From contig OZ024740.1 in NCBI GenBank assembly GCA_964016885.1, forward strand, positions 280,798,001 through 280,862,000: DNA of 64,000 nt, given 5' to 3'. How positions within the stretch are numbered: position 1 is the stretch's first letter; each line of letters opens with the position of its first letter. The DNA comes from Eledone cirrhosa (lineage: Eukaryota). The translations under genes and the position numbers were made by a program. Under the pieces are notes generated by a model. That model did no database searches and was not told the origin of the DNA. It worked only from the letters and a program-made list of their open reading frames with translations. This document shows positions 1-13,414 of the stretch, one piece after another.

Positions 1-175
1 TTTCTGTGTGTAGATTCTATTTTTATTTCTATGTTCTCTAATTTGCCCTTATGTTCTATTTTAGCATGTTGGTGGAGTATTGATGATTCTTTTTTATCTT
101 GAAGTTCTCGCCAGTGTTCATTTAACCGTTCTCCTATGATACGAGCTGTCTCACCTATGTACACTATATTCTCAC
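1..175 (-). mobile_element. Penelope-like element GIY-YIG endonuclease fragment
   Basis: Manual minus-strand translation gives ENIVYIGETARIIGERLNEHWRELQDKKESSILHQHAKIEH. The YIGET..R..EH motif is typical of PLE GIY-YIG. It runs off the window edge. Confidence 0.7.
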
Positions 176-479
176 TTTTAGATTATATATATACACAAGT
201 GCTTGTGTGTGTGTATGGAGATAAGGTAGAGAGGGATAAATATGGGGAAAGAGAAAGGGGGTTATAGAAAGCTAGATATTTGTTTTATTTAGATGTTTAT
301 ACTTTGCCCAAATGTTTCATTATCCACTGACCCTATACCTGCTAATCTTGTCGAAGGAACGTCGTCTTGATACGCCACGTGTTTTGGGCATCCGAAAACC
401 TGGCGGTGGTCATCCTTCTCCAGGTGTGACCACAACTGATTTATTCCAGAGTGAGAGAAGTGGTCGGAATTTTAGAGAG

Positions 480-640
480 CTGAATCGGTCTAACTTCTGG
501 ACAGGTACTTTATTTATCTAGCTCAAAATGATGAAAAGGAAGTTGGCTTCGATGGGACTTAAACTCAGAGCGCAGATAGCCAGAATGGATACATACCACA
601 AACTATTCTATCCGACGCACTACCAATTCTACCAATTCAC
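480..640 (-). mobile_element. Degenerate tRNA-derived SINE (same family as 42720-42920)
   Basis: The stretch ggtactttattt..atgatgaaaagg..gggacttaaactcagagc resembles the reverse complement of the SINE body. Confidence 0.5.
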
Positions 641-1518
641 CGTATTTATGTTTACATTTCTACAATCGAATTAATATTTTTCTTTAAAAGGGAATATTGT
701 TATCACTTCTGGATTTGGAAGATCTCATGTTCACAAATCACATTTAAATAATGAAGCTACGCACTGAACTCCATGGCTTTGTCTGATTCAACAAGGTATT
801 CCTGAGTGTTCAGTTGATAGTGTTTTTGAAAGAATATGTAAACAGAAGAGCTTAAAATATGAAGGACATGGGTTGTCGAGAGAGGCACGAATCTTGTAGT
901 AGACTGTGTAGATGGATATTACTGTAGCTAGATTTACATTTTTTTACCTTGTTATTATTGGACGTGGAAACGATAGCAAAGGAAACAGTGATTTGTAAAG
1001 ATATATTCAGAATCGCATGAGAGAAAGACTAAAGCTGTGAGCGTAGAACAAATATTCAGCAAATAGCATCACAAAATAATCGTTGTATGCTCCGTGTGAT
1101 AACATCTACCTCTGATTTGTTGCGATGATTACATGAATAACAGGAAGGAAAAAGAAACGTACTATGATGTGTACCACAAAGAAACTGATCTTTTCTTGAT
1201 AGCATCAAAGTAGCTCGGTATCGTTGGAGGGAAGATTGCAATTGTAAGGTGTTAACATTTTTGAGATTTCACGACGACAGTTGATGAAAATAATGCCCAG
1301 TAGCGCTAACCATATGTAAAATATGTAAAATAATAAATATATGCAAGAAACATTGGCGCTAAAACAATTTACGCATTACAAAAAATATGGTGGTCTCAGT
1401 AACAAATCATCTTGATTTCAACTAATTCACCAGAAAATATATCTAACCTTCTTGTTCTATAAAAATGTTGAGGTTGTACATAGAGACAACAAGTCTAGAG
1501 CTATGATTTTATAGTTTA

Positions 1519-2311
1519 CTTGCTGAATGACTCGGCGTTGCTCGGCTTACTGCTGTTCTTATTCAGATTAGTAAACAATATGAAGATATATATATTTTTT
1601 CTCATAATTATTTCAAAATATCTATATTTAATTAAAAAAATATCAAAATTATAATGATAATAGAATATAGAAATTAAAATCTGTCAATCTTGAATAAAAC
1701 CTCAGGGTAAACAATATTCATTGTGTAATCTTTTGATGGTGTCCGAATGAATAAATTGTTGTTGCTTCCAACTCATGAGCAGTCAACATAGAGTTGACAG
1801 CGGGACAAGCATGTAGTAGAGAGATCAAATCCAACTACCTTGAGGGATTGACCCTGAAATTTGTTAATTGAAATAACAAAACTTAGCTTGACTGGAAACT
1901 GAAGCTTCTTAGATTCAAATGGAACATCTGTAGGGATGAGAGGAATTTTTACAATAAAGACATATTTTTTCAATATTGTAAACAAATAAGTATCAACATC
2001 CACAAGAAATATGTATTAATCTCTATTTTTGTATGCAGTGTAAATTACATACATACACTCACATACACCCACACATACAGTCACACAAACATACACTTAT
2101 AAAAAACACACACAGACATACATTCATACAAACACACAGAGTTTCACCCACGAACAGAGTTTCACCCACGAACAGACACACACATATACTCACACAAACT
2201 CATAAAAAACACGCACAGATATACATTCATACACATTTGGTCGAGCCGTTTGGGAATGCCTAAGGAAAAGACAGACAGACAGAGAGACAAATAATTATAT
2301 ATATATATAGA
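1519..2311 (-). mobile_element. Non-autonomous Helitron with Pif1-helicase C-terminal remnant
   Basis: ORF 1773-2003 (IPLIPTDVPF..LQFPVKLSFVISINKFQGQSL..QLYV) matches Helitron Pif1 motifs V/VI. The 5' end is TCTATATATA..GTCTGTCTGTC. A degenerate 3' hairpin ccgagcaacgccgag is followed by CAAG in place of CTAG. Confidence 0.85.
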
Positions 2312-2524
2312 TATGTTAAGCAGTGTGAAATATATAATTATATATTTTTATATTTTAATACGCATATTTACTCGTCGTATCACAACCGCCACATTACTTT
2401 AAGGTTAAGAATGTACTCATAGATAGAATTATTGAACTAATGGTCCACTATATAATTTTCCTAAAATATTTTCAGTTCTCATTATCATAGGTTAGTTTTC
2501 AATAGACTATACTTAAAACAGATG

Positions 2525-2735
2525 AAGACGCATGGCTTGGTGGTTTGTGTATTCGGCTCAAGATCGTAAGATCATGATCTCTATTTCTGGCGCCACGTTG
2601 TGACACTGAGCAAGACACTTTATTTCACTTTACTCCTGTCCACTCGGCAAAAATAAATTGTACCTTTAATTCGAAGGTCCAGCCTTGTCACATTCTCTGT
2701 CACACTGAATCTTCTTGAGAACAACATTTAGGGTA
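2525..2735 (+). mobile_element. tRNA-derived SINE, second family (CORE-like body)
   Basis: An A-box-like tggcttggtggttt is followed by tgagcaagacactttatttcac. Related copies lie near 14620-14925, 42515-42630 and 48760-48925. Confidence 0.55.
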
Positions 2736-4239
2736 CTAGCAGAAAAATCACCCTTCGGGTGGTTTTCTGCTAGCATGTGTAGTGTGCATATTGATATTAT
2801 ACACAAGTATATATGCATGTAGATATGATACATCAAATAAAATCGTAATTGACAATATACACAGAAATTGAACGGATTCTATGTTACACTGTCTTCTGAA
2901 ATCAGTAATGTAATCCATGGTACATTAAAAAAAGACGATATTCTATGTAAACTGCATTAGGAGAAAATTAGTGACGGGAATATATGAATGTTTATTTAAG
3001 CGATCGCTAACCAGAAGTGATGACATTTGAAAATGTTAAAGAAGTGAATCTTTAAATAAGTAATAAAATATATTTAATGAACAGCAACGAAATTTAGTAC
3101 ATAAATTATGTAATATTCATTCATTATTTATTCAAAGTAATCCAACTTATTTTACAAACGGGATAAAAAATATAATCTGGATGCAGTCCCGAACTCCTTA
3201 CTTTATTATAGTTTAGATGCATGTGTGTGGAACGCACAGCCACCTGAACTGTGATTGTATCAACTGGAACACTCTTTATAATAATGACGGAGTGCCAGTT
3301 TATACTTAAAACAAATTGTGTTAAATAGTTTCGCATAAGAATGTATATATATTGGATCGTCAAGTATTAAATTTGTAGAAATTTGTAGAAAAAAGAAATT
3401 GCTACAAATTTCATAGTTGACCAACCCAATAGATGTATTCTCTAATATAAGGTGTCTATTTAAAAAAAATATATATTATATCGTACCCTTCGAAGAGAAT
3501 AAAAGCTCTTATTTTATCAAGGAAGTGGGTATAAATGACGAATGAACTTAACATATTATTGGTGGTTGAGGTGACAAGTAGTAAGGGATAAACATCAATA
3601 TTTACTGTAATGGCAATTGAACTCAAAAGATATAGGAACAAAAATAGATAAATTTAGTTCTTTACTTTTCAGATCCTGCAGGTCTCCCTCCCAATTTTTG
3701 CATTAGCTTCAGTGTTGTAATAAAGATCATTTCGAAAGAGTAATCCATCTTTTTCATGTCGGCTAAAAATTAAAATAAGTATTATTAAAGTTGAACATAG
3801 ATTTAACAGACGCAACAATTTACAAATTATAAGAATAATTAAAAAAGAAATGTATTATTTTAAAAGTAAATTCCTCGGCTTTTGATTAGTATCGTAGATT
3901 CTACCCGAATTTTAAAATGTAACAGACATAAGTGTTTGCCATAAACAGTATTTCAATCCGATAAAATAAAATCCGATTAAGGCAGAACATTTTAAATGGA
4001 ATACAAAATGCATTTACTAATATTTTAAATTCTGAATGAAACTAGATTGGAGAATTATTCGTTTATATTTTCCTTCTTCTCTTCCTTCTCTGTATAAGAA
4101 TTAGTAGTAGCGTAACCGAGGTATATATAAAGGAACATACGGTACATTTATGTATAATAAACATGCAAGTTTCACTATATGCGCTTATACCTGTGGTCAT
4201 GTAGTAGCTACTTACAGACCTGTCAACTCTCCCCGTCCG

Positions 4240-4619
4240 GATGGTCTTCTAAATGTTTTTAATTAAACATACAGTATATTGCCAAATGTACTATACATAC
4301 ATTCATGTATACATCGCTATTTCAGAGCACCAATACTAATATCTAAGTTTGGCTGGACCGGCAATCGCTCTGTTTAATCAGCTCCTGATTATTACTGGAA
4401 TTCTATAAGAATCCAGCTTCTATAATTTTCGGCAAAGGCAGTTGAGTTCGTGGCTTTGATAAAACGCCAAGCAGCGAAAAACAGCTGTCAGCCATTCTCC
4501 CAGCCTTTGCCGAAAATATAAGTTAGTGACATAGTCACTACTTTAAAATTGGTAGCGAATGGTCTTCTAAATGTTTTTAATCAAACATACAGTATATTGC
4601 CAAATATACTATACATACA

Positions 4620-4625
<6 letters not shown>
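4240..4625 (+). repeat. Partial-tandem mini-element with hammerhead-like motif, ending in (TA)n
   Basis: A ~65-bp direct repeat atggtcttctaaatgtttttaa..catacattcat occurs at 4241 and 4559. An inverted homologue lies at 13070-13345. Confidence 0.7.
4451..4494 (+). ncRNA. Degenerate type I hammerhead ribozyme, U3-A8 core
   Basis: tggct TTGATAA aa-cgc caagca gcg-a AAAA cagctg TC agcca. Stem I is tggct/agcca, stem III is the palindrome ACAGCTGT, and the site is GUC. G12 is damaged, but the 13.2-kb homologue retains gtGAAAcagct. Confidence 0.55.
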
Positions 4626-4670
<45 letters not shown>

Positions 4671-4793
4671 AAAATTAAGATAAATCAAATGAATTAATCC
4701 AAATCAAAATTATGGGTGTCATGCCAGAAAGACATGCGCCATATCACCCGCAAAATAAGTTCTAAGATTCTAACGAGTAGGTCCGAGCATTTG

Positions 4794-5151
4794 ATAATAA
4801 CTAGAAATTGATTAACATATAAATAAACATGAATAATCACAGGAGATAATTTTTACAAGTGTGTAAATTTTTACAAGTGTGTAAACCACGGAAGTGGATA
4901 CTTAGATTTTCAACAAGTTGAAAATCCAAGTATCCACTTCCGTGGTTTACCATCCGATTAATTGGTGAAATATATTTCTTTAATGGAATATATACAGGGA
5001 AGATTAATCATATTATAAGGTATCTATTTTTGAAGTTCTGGTCAACTTTATGTAGTTGTTACACACTTGGTATGTGTGGTTACACACTTGTAAAAATTAT
5101 CTCTGTGATTATTCATGTTTATTTATATGTTAAGCAATTTCTAGTTATTAT
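4794..5151. repeat. Nested fold-back: ~70-bp inverted arms enclosing a 70-bp hairpin and a hammerhead 3' half
   Basis: Arms are 4794-4866 and 5080-5151, with an inner hairpin at 4881-4950. The segment tggtGAAAtatatttc..gaatataTAc at ~4963-4996 is identical to the 3' half of the 5616 ribozyme. Confidence 0.85.
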
Positions 5152-5222
5152 ATATATATATATATATATATAATATTATTAAAAATGTTAACAACTGAAA
5201 AATATTCTCATAATCAAAATAT

Positions 5223-5287
5223 ATACTTTATTATACATATTTCAAAGGTACTATGTTGTTTAAGTACGTTTTCATCAGACAAAATAT
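5223..5287 (-). ncRNA. Type I hammerhead ribozyme
   Basis: atattttgt CTGATGA aaacgtact-loop-agtaccttt GAAA tatgta TA ataaagtat. Stem I is 9 bp (with GU pairs), stem II is 8 of 9 bp, and stem III is near-palindromic. Confidence 0.8.
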
Positions 5288-5336
5288 ATGATTTGATATG
5301 CGACATACCGCTACGGTTTTGATTATTCAATTCCAG

Positions 5337-5423
<87 letters not shown>

Positions 5424-5529
5424 GATAAATCTACCAAAAGTTTACGATGTCCTAGAAACGATCGTAAAATAATGAACTTTTTTTGTTTAATATAAGGAAC
5501 TGTTTCTTTGTTTATTCATTATTTTTTTA

Positions 5530-5604
<75 letters not shown>

Positions 5605-5615
5605 GTTAAATTTTA

Positions 5616-5705
5616 TTCTTTGCTGATGACCCAGGATTTAATATCTGTGATTCTCCTATTAATAGATGGTGAAATATATTTCTTTAATGGAATATATACA
5701 AAGGA
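5616..5705 (+). ncRNA. Type I hammerhead ribozyme
   Basis: ttctttg CTGATGA c-cca..tgg-t GAAA tatatttc tttaat ggaatata TA caaagga. Stem I is 7 bp, stem III is 9 bp, and stem II is extended. Confidence 0.85.
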
Positions 5706-5874
5706 GATTAATAATATTCTAAGCTCTCGTTAATTTTTAATATATTACCTCCGTAACTATGTGTGTTTACACTCTTTACAAATTATCCCCTGTCAATGTT
5801 TGATATGTCTACTTTATATATATATGTCAATCGACTTGTAATTTAATTACATACATATACATATATATCTATCT

Positions 5875-6032
5875 AAGGCGGGTAAAATTCTCGAGATCCA
5901 TGGACGAGTTCTCTCCAGCGGTCTCTGTCCCTCATTATCGCTGCCATGTCCTGCGTCTCCAACAGACCAGTGTCTGTCCTTAGGGCATCAACATACGTTA
6001 ACCTTGGTCTTCCTCTTCTAGTGTGTCCATGT
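5875..6032 (-). mobile_element. RTE-like LINE 3' end
   Basis: Minus-strand translation HGHTRRGRPRLTYVDALRTDTG..MRDRDRWREL is a typical RTE C-terminus. Confidence 0.7.
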
Positions 6033-6581
6033 ATATTCTGACTGTGTGGGTGTCTGAGTATGTTTGTATAGTATATATGAAGTGGACGCCAGCTAAAATG
6101 AGATATAACGAAAAATAGTCAATCCAAAAAGTGGAGGTATATAGAAACAGAATCGATATAGAAAGGCGGCAAACGAGATAGAGATAATTGTATGTCTGTT
6201 TGTCGTAATTGGAATCTTTTGAGCGGAAGACTTTGAGCTTGACCGAGTATCATACGATACGCGAACAGACGGTGTTTTGGGTATATACATATATATAGTA
6301 TATATATATATATATATATGTTCTGGGTATGACATTAAACTGCATCCAGTGGCAAGGCTCCAGTTCGGGAATTCAGGAACCGTGGGGAATGTTATCACTC
6401 CCAGGTAGTAGTAGATGGTGGAGGTGCGTGGGTGCGGACGATGAGATGGGAGGAGGTAGGAAGGAGGAGGGAGGTTAAATTATTACCCTATTCGAGTGGC
6501 ACCGGTAAGGTATTATCAGCCATTGAAAAGAAGCATGGGGAGTGTATTTAACAGCACTAGGGCTAGAGCCCCTAACTACGC

Positions 6582-6897
<316 letters not shown>

Positions 6898-6910
6898 CTT
6901 CGTTTATTCT

Positions 6911-6977
6911 AATTCGCTGCTGTATATATTTCAGTGGCAGCTATTATTGGCTGTGACCTCATCAGGCAGTACGAATT
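6911..6977 (-). ncRNA. Degenerate hammerhead ribozyme
   Basis: aattcg-ta-ctgc CTGATGA ..cagc-loop-gctg.. GAAA tata TA ca gcag cgaatt. The core is intact but the stem I register is imperfect. Confidence 0.55.
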
Positions 6978-7106
6978 AAGGCAGAAAAAACAGGAAAACA
7001 TGATGTTGTAATGTGTTCTACCCTGTTAATTCATCGATATGTCCAGCTCCTCGATGTGTTGTTAGTCCTCAAAAGAACTGGAAACATATGATTCCAGTTC
7101 CTATTA

Positions 7107-7471
7107 CACAAATAAGCCTTTACCCTACATTAGGTGCACGTACACAGACGCACACACACACACGCGCGCGCACTGGCTCATATACACTCAAACAAATACG
7201 CGCCTATTACCTACATGCCCACGTACATTTACAAAGATACATACATACATATATCTGTCCGTACTCAAATATGATATACTCACAGAGTCATATAGATCTA
7301 CACAATGGGTCATATAGGGTCATCCGTGAAAGGATGCATCTTGTTATACACATGCACAAATATAAACTATGTAACCAAATGCATACATCCATACACATTA
7401 ATGCATGTATACATACACACATATAAATAAATAAATAAGTAAATAAAAAAAATAAATGTATATATATATAT

Positions 7472-7544
<73 letters not shown>

Positions 7545-9931
7545 CAGATACACACACACATATATATATGTACATACACACACATACATGCACATCTATA
7601 AAAAACCTACAATATAATAAAATATACATATAACGTCATACATTAAAAAATGTATCCTGTGCTAAACATGCACAAATATAAACAGTATAATCATATACAT
7701 ACATCCCTACACATTCACATAACATATACATATCTCTCTCTATATATACACACACATATAAATATACACATACGCATACATATATACACACATATAAAAA
7801 AAAAAATATACAATATATTAAAATATACATATAACATCACATAGAGATATATAGAAAAAGAGAGAAGAGAAGAAAGAACAAGGGACGTGTGTGCGTATGA
7901 AATGGTACATATGGGGAGTATGAGAAGCACACTTGGGCATCTATACGGAACAAATAATATGTTCCAAAATGGAACACGTGGAGAGTATGTATTCTCGATT
8001 GAAAAGGTACACATGTATGTGGGTGCGTAGCCCGGCCATATTGTAGTATGTCACTGTGGTTGAGGTATGCTGTCCTATAGGTGTATGGTATGTGACTGAA
8101 AGACCGTGTAATCCGGGTCAGCCTGTCCCGGCTCGAGCGATGATCTTGCCTAGGGTGACGTGCAGAGTCGGCTATGCATCTTGGGTTATTTTGGTTTACC
8201 CCACGGGGAATATATTGTCATCAGGGTATGGTGCCTGATCCCTTGAACCCGTTTCGTCACTCTGGTAAGCGCGTGCTCCGCCGCATGCCCTTAGCCTGGG
8301 CTTCCCGGTGGATTCCATGCGGAGTGTGTGCACCTTCTCTGGTGTCTGCACGTCATGATAATTTCCGATTTCAGCTTGACCACATCATCCTTCAGTCTGA
8401 CTATTTCCATGGCCTCATATAGGCATAGGCTACACTTTCTACTTCCAGCCGAGTATGCTTTCGCGTGCCGAATAATGCTCCAGTGAAGGAGTTCGTGTGG
8501 TTATACATCCGCGATTTAAAGGTCGTGGATGTTGCGCCGATGTAGGTGCGCTTTATATTGTGGGCGCTAACCACACATTTATAGACCAGGCCCTTCGTCA
8601 GGCATCTTCCCTGCAGGGGGCACTGAGTGCCCGCTCTGCAGTTACATGTTCTGTCGTTATTTTGTTCACTTCGGACGCCTGGCCCTCGATCTGCTAGGGC
8701 TCTCTTCCGATTCTCAGGATGTTGCTCCGCCGGCACGATGGTCTCCCCTCCGCCACTCGTTCCCTCCTGGCGTTGGATTGACTCGCCTTCTGTGGGCGTG
8801 GCGGCCACCGCGGGAACGGGTTGTTGTTGGAAGGCCAGTTCCCGAGGGATCCTCCACGCTCTGATAGACGGTCATTCTGCCGCCGTGGTTGACGGTCGAT
8901 GTTCCCCATCTTTACCGCGTTGGTTTTGGCCATGTAGTCGGCCATGTTAGGTGCTGTGGAGAAGGAAAACTTCACCGTGTGGCGGTTGAAAATCTTGTGG
9001 TATTTGTTCGACGGCGGGAAGCACTCGTCTAACGCTTGGAAAAAAAGCCCTGGCACGTTGATGCATACATGCTTAGAGTATGGCGCGTTAAACCATGTAA
9101 CGGCCTTAGATCTAGTCTTGTTCACATACATGTGTACCTTTTCAATCGAGAATACATACTCTCCACGTGTTCCATTTTGGAACACATATTATTTGTTCCG
9201 TATACAGGCCCAAGTGTGCATCTCATTCTCCCCATATGTTCTATATCATACGCACACACGTCCCTCTTCTTTCTTCTCTTCTCTCTTTTTACATATATCT
9301 CGATGTGACGTTATATGTATATTTTAATATATTATCTATTTTTTAAATTTTTGTTATGTGTGTATATATATGCGTATGTGTATATTTATATGTGTGTGTA
9401 TGTAGAGAGATATATATGTATATGTTATGTGAATGTGTAGGGATGTTTGTATATGATTATACTGTTTATATTTTTACATGTTTAGCACAGGATACATCTT
9501 TTAATGTATGACGTTATATGTATATTTTATTATATTGTAGGTTTTTTTGATAGATGTGTATGTATGTGTGTGTATGTACATATATATGTGTGTGTGTATC
9601 TGTGTGTGTGTGTATATATATATATATATGTATGTTTATATATATATATACATTTATTTTTTTTATTTACTTATTTATTTATTTATATGTGTGTATGTAT
9701 ACATGCATGTATGTGTATGGATGTATGTATTTGGTTACATTGTTTATATTTGTGCATGTGTATAACAAGATGCATCCTTTTATGGATGACCCTGTATGAC
9801 CCATTGTGTAGATTTATATGACTGTGAGTATATCATATTTGAGTACGGACAGATATATGTATGTATGTATCTTTGTAGATGTACGTGGGCATGTAGGTAA
9901 TAGGCGCGTATTTGTTTGAGTGTATATGAGC

Positions 9932-9966
<35 letters not shown>

Positions 9967-9998
9967 TGCACCTTATGTAGGGTAACGGCTTGTTTGTG
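7107..9998. repeat. ~0.9-kb inverted repeat arms enclosing a Penelope-like endonuclease core
   Basis: 7107-8021 is the diverged reverse complement of 9123-9998. The ORF track shows MCTFSIENTYSPRVPFWN on both strands. Confidence 0.9.
8291..9130 (-). pseudogene. Naiad-type Penelope-like retroelement: RT thumb/linker, zinc knuckle and GIY-YIG (frameshifted, 5'-truncated)
   Basis: Motifs seen are WFNAPYSK..KIFNRHTVKFSFS, then CNC-x5-C-x5-C, then VYK..YIGAT..FKSR..NH. A third frame gives WSII..CSLC..E..SEIIMTCRH..stop at 8291. Confidence 0.9.
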
Positions 9999-10290
9999 TG
10001 TACATTTATGTGTACGTACATTATACATATATATGTGTTTGGGAGCGAGTCTGTCTTTGTGCCTGTATATACGGACATGTGTGTGTGTGTGTGTATGTGA
10101 GTGTGCCTGTCTATGTATATGTCTGTACGTGCTTGTGTATACGAGTAGATATACACGTATGCATGTGTGTGCGCATTTATGGGTGCGCGCGTGTGTGTGT
10201 GCGAGAGCTGATGTACGTGGGCATGTAGGCAGGCGTCTATGGATGCGTATGTTTTTATTTGTATGGTTGTGTGCGCGTGTGTGTATGTGA

Positions 10291-11110
<820 letters not shown>

Positions 11111-11518
11111 TATATTTATTTATTTGTTTATTTTTTTGTCTTCTTTGCGCATGCGTTTGCGTGTGTGTATAGTGTTTTGTTTGATGTGTGTTCGTGTTTG
11201 GGTGACTGTGTATTGGTTAATGTATTCTATCTTTACTAGTGTGTGTTTATATGTGTTTGTTGTTATTGTGCTTGTGTATGTATTTATTTATGTATCTATT
11301 TATTTATTTATTTATACTTCTCTTAGGTCAGTGTTGTTTGTTTGGGTGTTGTTATTCCATTCATTTTTTCTGTTTAGCCTTGGCCTTCTAAGTTCTGTTT
11401 CACTGGCATCTCTGATTTGCCTATCTGCTGGGTCATTTCTATGTTTAGATATTATTCTAATTTCTATGTTGTCTATGTTACCGTCGTGTTGTTTTCTGGC
11501 ATGTTCGTATAGTACTGA

Positions 11519-12576
11519 ACCGTTTTTTCGTCCTCTTGGAAGCTCTGCAATACAACCAGTACAATTGGGAAATCTTTGGAGACTTCAAGATGGTGGCTTT
11601 CCTGCTTGGACTCAAAGGAGGCTTTATCAAATTCCAATGCTGCCTCTGCCTTTGGGACAGCAGAGCCACCTCTGACCACTACAAAAGAAAGAACTGGGAG
11701 CAGCGAATAGAATTTGTATTTGGGACGCGGAACGCCATGAGGGAGCCACTGGTTAATCCCAGGATTGTGCTTATGCCGCCACTGCACATTAAGTTGGGGT
11801 TGATGAAGCAGTTTGTGAAGGCTCTCAACCAAGAGTTCTTCCCCAAGTTATCTGAGACCAAAATCAAAGGTGGAATTTTTGTTGGACCTCAGATAAAGAA
11901 GGTGTTTTAGTCTACCGAGTTCTCCAATAAGCTCAATAGGATTGAGAGAACAGCATGGAACTGTTTCAAGGCAGTTGTTAAGGGCTTCCTGGGCAACTTA
12001 CAGAGCTTAAAACTACCAGCAACTGGTGTAGGATCTGATAAAGGTTTTGGCGCCATGGGATGCAGGATGTCGCTTAAACTCCATATGCTGGACGCTCACC
12101 TGGAAAAATTCAAGGACGAAATGAGCGCCTACTCCGAAGAACATGGCGAACGATTCCACCAAGATGTGAAAGAGATAGAGCGGAGGTACCAGGGCCACTA
12201 CAATGAAAAAATGATGGGGGACAATATCTGGGGGCTAGTTCGGGAATGCGACCTGGACTACAACCGCAAATCCAGGAAATCCAGTCATTTCTGACGTGTA
12301 TAAGTTGCTTTATAAGTGTTATTTGTTTTTACTTGTTTGCTTTTGATAAGTTTGTGTAATAAAATAAATATATACTCTGTTGATTTAATTATATGAACTG
12401 ATAAATTTAATAAGAATGTGTTTTTTCTTGAAAAATATTAAAATTTCGAAATATCAAACTCCTGACCACAAACCCAAACTTCTGATTAAATAATAGTGTT
12501 TTTTTTATAATAATGGGATATAACAAACCAGGAAATGATACTTAGAACAGGGGATCAAAAAGTATGTTACACGTTG
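11519..12576 (+). mobile_element. Chapaev3-like (CMC) DNA transposon, 3' half with disrupted transposase
   Basis: Motifs are GDFKMV..LLG..CCLCLWDSR, PPLHIKLGLMKQFVKAL and SEEHGERFHQD..ERRYQG. It has an internal stop and frameshift, and a terminal gttacacgttg resembling a TIR. Confidence 0.8.
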
Positions 12577-12887
12577 TAATGGTAGCTGAGACTTTTTCAG
12601 TATGAAAATAGATGTCTGCTTACATGCCCAAATTATTCGTCTAACATACATTTAATGCTTCAAAATTTGCTCAGCACATCTTGAATGGTTAATACACACA
12701 CACACACACACACATACACACGCACGCACACGCACGCACACGCACACGCCCCCCCCCCCCCCACACACATATAGTAATATAAATGGGAAGACTAAAGTCC
12801 GAAGAGGGCTCGATAAGGATTATATATATTTATAAATATATATATTTAAACCCGCAGAGCAAATATTTATAATAAGAACAACTTAAT

Positions 12888-12980
12888 GTTTAAGCAAAGT
12901 ATCGCTGCTTTGACCAAAGTTGATTTTTTCAGTGTCAGAAGATCCCGTTAAGCGTGAAAGCAGCGATTCTTTGCTTAAAC
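12888..12980. repeat. Fold-back with decayed hammerhead-like motif
   Basis: Arms are gtttaagcaaagtatcgctgcttt and aaagcagcgattctttgcttaaac. Inside lies CAGAAGA..GAAA gca..tgc TT. Confidence 0.6.
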
Positions 12981-13340
12981 TTTAACCTCTTCTTATAGTA
13001 TATATATATATATATATATATAAATTCAATTCGCCGCAACACTGATTCTCTTTTTTTCTGTGATATATATATGAATGTATGTATAGTATATTTGGCAATA
13101 TACCGTATGTTTAATTAAAAACATTTTGAAGACCTTGCGCTATCATTTTTAAAGCAGTGACTATGTCACTTACTTCTTTTTTCGGCAAAGGAAGGGAGAG
13201 AAGCTGTTTCACACTATTTCCGAAATTATAAAGGCTGGATTCTTATAGAATTCCAGTAATAATCAGGAACTGATTATACAGAGCAATTGCCGGTCCAGCA
13301 AAAATTAAAAATTAGGATTGGTGCTCTGAAATAGCGATGT

Positions 13341-13414
<74 letters not shown>

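Noticed and set aside
3660-3760. Splice-acceptor-like tttacttttcag followed by a short exon-like stretch
   Set aside because: There is no recognisable reading frame or partner exons, so a host gene cannot be supported without transcript data.
8150-8290. Possible hammerhead or SECIS element in the Naiad 3' UTR (CTGATGA and GTGACGAAA on the minus strand)
   Set aside because: I could not form the required stems, and I saw no in-frame TGA at the conserved Cys positions.
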